From Bacteroidia bacterium (GTDB lineage Bacteria; Bacteroidota; Bacteroidia; Bacteroidales; VadinHA17): 64,000 nucleotides of DNA. The stretch lies in assembly GCA_026391215.1 (NCBI GenBank), contig JAPLDX010000106.1, forward strand, positions 23,441 to 87,440, in the 5' to 3' direction. Below the pieces are notes generated by a model. The model had not been told where the DNA came from. It saw only the letters and a list, made by a program, of their open reading frames with translations, and made no database searches. Position 1 is the first letter of the stretch. Each line of letters opens with the position of its first letter. Positions 62,301 to 64,000 of this stretch are shown one piece after another. The translations under genes were made by a program, and so were the position numbers.

Positions 62301-62456
62301 CTTTTGAGGTTCTATTGATAAGCTTTTCTTGTTGTTTGAATCCTCTAATGAAGAACCTGTTTGCGGAGAGCCAGGTACCATCGACGATATGAAGATGAAC
62401 CCTGAAAAGAGCGCTATTCTTGTGTGGTATTTGAAAATATGTATCCTCCTTATCAT
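59358..62456 (-). CDS. TPR + CHAT (caspase HetF-associated) domain protease with N-terminal signal and C-terminal TM anchor
   Basis: TPRs (YYYIGVC, IYDLGVAY, LYNSMGVGY); CHAT motifs LVISPDNILSYLPFEA, IIHMAMH, VVLSSCNTG, EGILSLARGF, MSMWEIED, HPYFWS; hydrophobic C-terminus. Confidence 0.9.
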   Translation of the reverse strand: MIRRIHIFKYHTRIALFSGFIFISSMVPGSPQTGSSLEDSNNKKSLSIEPQKLPASLEKLNAFVNSLNDAQDINGLISLSDSLKRSLTINPPDSVTLAEIYYYIGVCSLLANKYGYALPWLNLSVDIKEEFGITDDHYANGIYDLGVAYNLLGDFTRSGYYMLQYITIGTKLYGYYSPQIAEAYSSLVGAALENNDYENFKSYSFKALEILGVNKNALQGSELCRLYNSMGVGYARLADHTKARIYLEEAESIYYKNNLTKDEAYINLINNLASTYGTLGLTSKEKEYYDKGLELAFSSNSNMAFNLINNFADELGNSGMIDKGEELLLILLQRSKNVYGSDSRFYIEVLINYANYLRIYKHDYQNSIRYYMPCIEYIEQHQEVVVLRDPVIVGYAKSLSGNGDNLKAMEKIQELLFSDIDQGKLYGKYENPDISRLTADDRTLRILRFKYELLWKIYSGSADQEVLESAANTSELIISLIDRIRINISEEESRMVLGDNYRDSYLFAIRDFELCFRNTGKNWFLEKTFEYVEKSKAAVLLAATRELNAIDFHIPPTVAELEKSLQNEIGYYNAEISKENEMEFPDINKTSEWNKSLLIAVQIRDSLVATYERDYPGYYAIKYSTSALVMKDIPKIIGRNVNYLNYVVSDSLIYIFIVNRKYQQILKTDIDSTFIWKLKEFRTLLSNSNLSENARGKFTSYQQIGHDLYKILVEPVRKYFISDDLVISPDNILSYLPFEAFLSSIYQGEGIVYRKLPYMMNEFNISYTYSASFMKETVAREYGKTRDLIAFAPAYTKEVYIDSLFVRRKAESEILYDLPYARMEAEYISEISHGTLYINDDARESVFKAEAGKYDIIHMAMHTYLNDQNPMNSAMIFSQINDMPEDGLLNTYEVYGIPLKAKMVVLSSCNTGSGFLFSGEGILSLARGFLYSGSQSVTMSMWEIEDQSGTDIIKMFYDNLHKGKSKSMALRKARSTYLKKASQLKSHPYFWSSVVVYGDNSPVYPSGLFLPAAIIIIVILMLAVYFRYFKYS

Positions 62457-62509
62457 ATGGAAAGAATCAGCATATTATACAGGCGATTCAATAAACATGT
62501 ATTTCTTAT

Positions 62510-62517
62510 CAAATCTA
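62510..62517 (-). promoter_or_regulatory. Housekeeping -7 element for the CHAT gene
   Basis: caaatcta on + reads TAGATTTG on -, about 54 nt upstream of the CHAT start. Confidence 0.45.
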
Positions 62518-62674
62518 ATATTTTTTATTAAGGTTATTCATTTTATAAGTAATTGATTATCTGTGCATATAGAAATAATAATGCATTTTTTTGATTTTTT
62601 TGTGTCACAAATCAGTTATCAATGACATGTAGTATTGAATTACCCTGAATTAAATAATAATTAAAACGAAAATT

Positions 62675-62806
62675 ATGGAAGCCCTGGATCTTAAAAAAAC
62701 AAAAGACATTTTTGCTGAGTTTGCATTATCAAGTGAAGGAATGATTAATGTACGCGGTGGTGATGGTATTCCTCCTACTCCTCCAAATCCCCCGGTAAGA
62801 ATCTGA
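62675..62806 (+). CDS. Double-glycine-leader precursor peptide (43 aa; Pro-rich core DGIPPTPPNPPVRI); not in the ORF track
   Basis: MEALDLKKTKDIFAEFALSSEGMINVRGG|DGIPPTPPNPPVRI*. Leader LSxxxMxxVxGG; A-rich Bacteroidota-type initiation region; C39 PCAT 4 kb away. Confidence 0.8.
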   Translation: MEALDLKKTKDIFAEFALSSEGMINVRGGDGIPPTPPNPPVRI

Positions 62807-62998
62807 AAGATCAAGATAAAATTTCTGTGAAGGAAACAGGAAAATAATTACATCTGCCCAGTGGCTGATGGTTTTGTGGTGCGGGCTAATATAGAGCCCG
62901 ATCTGGAAAGGTACAATAAAAGTTGTGTGAGCGAATACTCTTATGTATTTGAAATACAATTGATTAATAGATATTTAAAATATAAACAACAATAATTT

Positions 62999-63745
62999 AT
63001 GAAAACAATTGACTTTTCATATTTCATCGAAAGGTATAATGCCGGTGAGATGAATGAAGCTGAAACAACATGGTTTCTTAAGGAGCTTGATAATAATGAA
63101 AAGCTTCGGAAAGAAGTTGATTTAAGGAAAAAAACCGACATGGTTCTTAAAACTCATGATGTCATTCAGTTACGAAATAAACTTACGGAAATTGAGAGAA
63201 TAAGGGCAGCAGAAAAACCTGTCAAAACCCCGGTAAAAAGTATGTCATTGAGATACGCTGCAATAATTGCCGGCTTAATGATTGTTGGCGGCATAACTCT
63301 TTATAACGGCAGGAGTATGACCAACGACGAAATACTCGACCGGTTCTATAAATCGTATGAGGTAACTTCACCTTCAAGGTCTCAGCAAGCCATTTTAAAT
63401 TCTGATTATTCCACGGCGATTGAGTATTACAATATCCATGATTACAGGAATGCTGCCCTTTATTTCAGTAAGGTTGTGGATTCTGATCCCAGATATATGG
63501 AATCAACGATGCTCAATGGCGTTTCAAACTTTGAAGTCAGGAATTATCCTGATGCGGAGAGTTCATTTATCAAAGTGATTGACAATAATGACAACCTGTT
63601 CCTGGAGGATTCTCAGTGGTACCTGGCTTTATGCTATCTAAGGACCAATGAACAGGAAAAAGCTTTTAATCAGTTAAATGCAATTAATAAATCTGAAAGT
63701 ATCTACAAAAGGGATGCGAAGAAAATCATGAAAAAAATGAAATAA
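62999..63745 (+). CDS. Putative anti-sigma factor: N-terminal helical domain, single TM, C-terminal TPR
   Basis: IERYNAGEMNEAETTWFLKELDNNEKLRKEV (anti-sigma-like N-terminus); TM YAAIIAGLMIVGGITLY; TPR ...SQWYLALCYL. Confidence 0.72.
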   Translation: MKTIDFSYFIERYNAGEMNEAETTWFLKELDNNEKLRKEVDLRKKTDMVLKTHDVIQLRNKLTEIERIRAAEKPVKTPVKSMSLRYAAIIAGLMIVGGITLYNGRSMTNDEILDRFYKSYEVTSPSRSQQAILNSDYSTAIEYYNIHDYRNAALYFSKVVDSDPRYMESTMLNGVSNFEVRNYPDAESSFIKVIDNNDNLFLEDSQWYLALCYLRTNEQEKAFNQLNAINKSESIYKRDAKKIMKKMK

Positions 63746-63761
63746 CTTTTTTTTGCAGTTC

Positions 63762-64000
63762 ATGCGGAACCTGAAATTAAATACTGATCAAAGCGCTGAA
63801 GAGTGTCCCGGTTGCCAGAATATTATTCCTGAGAATAGTATGATTAACTGTCCAACAATATTACAAGGCATGTCACATGAAGTGAGAACTCACATGAATG
63901 CGATTGTTGCACTCTCATTTCTCATGAGCAGGAACGAATGCAATAAAAGAGACAGGGAAGAATTCAGCGATCAGATATTAGCTTCCTGTGAACAGCTTAT
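63762..64000 (+). CDS. HisKA-domain (histidine kinase-like) protein, runs off the right edge; not in the ORF track
   Basis: MRNLKLNTDQSAEECPGCQNIIPENSMINCPTILQGMSHEVRTHMNAIVALSFLM...EEFSDQILASCEQL; H-box MSHEVRT. Confidence 0.7.
   Translation, partial: MRNLKLNTDQSAEECPGCQNIIPENSMINCPTILQGMSHEVRTHMNAIVALSFLMSRNECNKRDREEFSDQILASCEQL

Noticed and set aside
62729-62959. 76-aa minus-strand ORF from the track overlapping the peptide gene
   Set aside because: No motif; antisense to the much better supported GG-leader ORF.
63871-63900. Second TGTCACA...ACATG motif resembling the site upstream of the peptide gene
   Set aside because: Lies within the HisKA H-box codons (MSHEVRTHM) and has different spacing; coincidental.

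Overview
Chromosomal window of an AT-rich Bacteroidota (Bacteroidales-like) genome, judged from TAnnTTTG promoters, the bat operon and a BtuG-containing btu locus. Contents in order: an L-rhamnose catabolic cluster with a divergent GH78 rhamnosidase; EamA, ArfB and MATE genes; an uncharacterised KamA radical-SAM + two ATP-grasp ligases + GNAT operon; ung; the moxR-batABCDE operon; pcm; tRNA-Arg(UCU) with a degenerate partial copy; two tandem fused (large+small subunit) aconitase-family dehydratases behind an AraC gene; a cobalamin riboswitch controlling btuBGFCD; yidC and pyrG. The most interesting part is the last 9 kb: a C39-peptidase ABC exporter and HlyD, an ECF sigma factor, a membrane-anchored TPR-CHAT (caspase-like) protease and a TM/TPR anti-sigma-like protein. 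They flank a 43-codon double-glycine-leader peptide gene missing from the ORF track (62675-62806; core DGIPPTPPNPPVRI). By inference this is a candidate peptide-pheromone -> CHAT protease -> anti-sigma -> ECF sigma signalling circuit. Two candidate ncRNAs (13520-13652 and 33626-33841) and a broken redoxin gene were also noted. All calls come from reading motifs by eye; no database searches were run.
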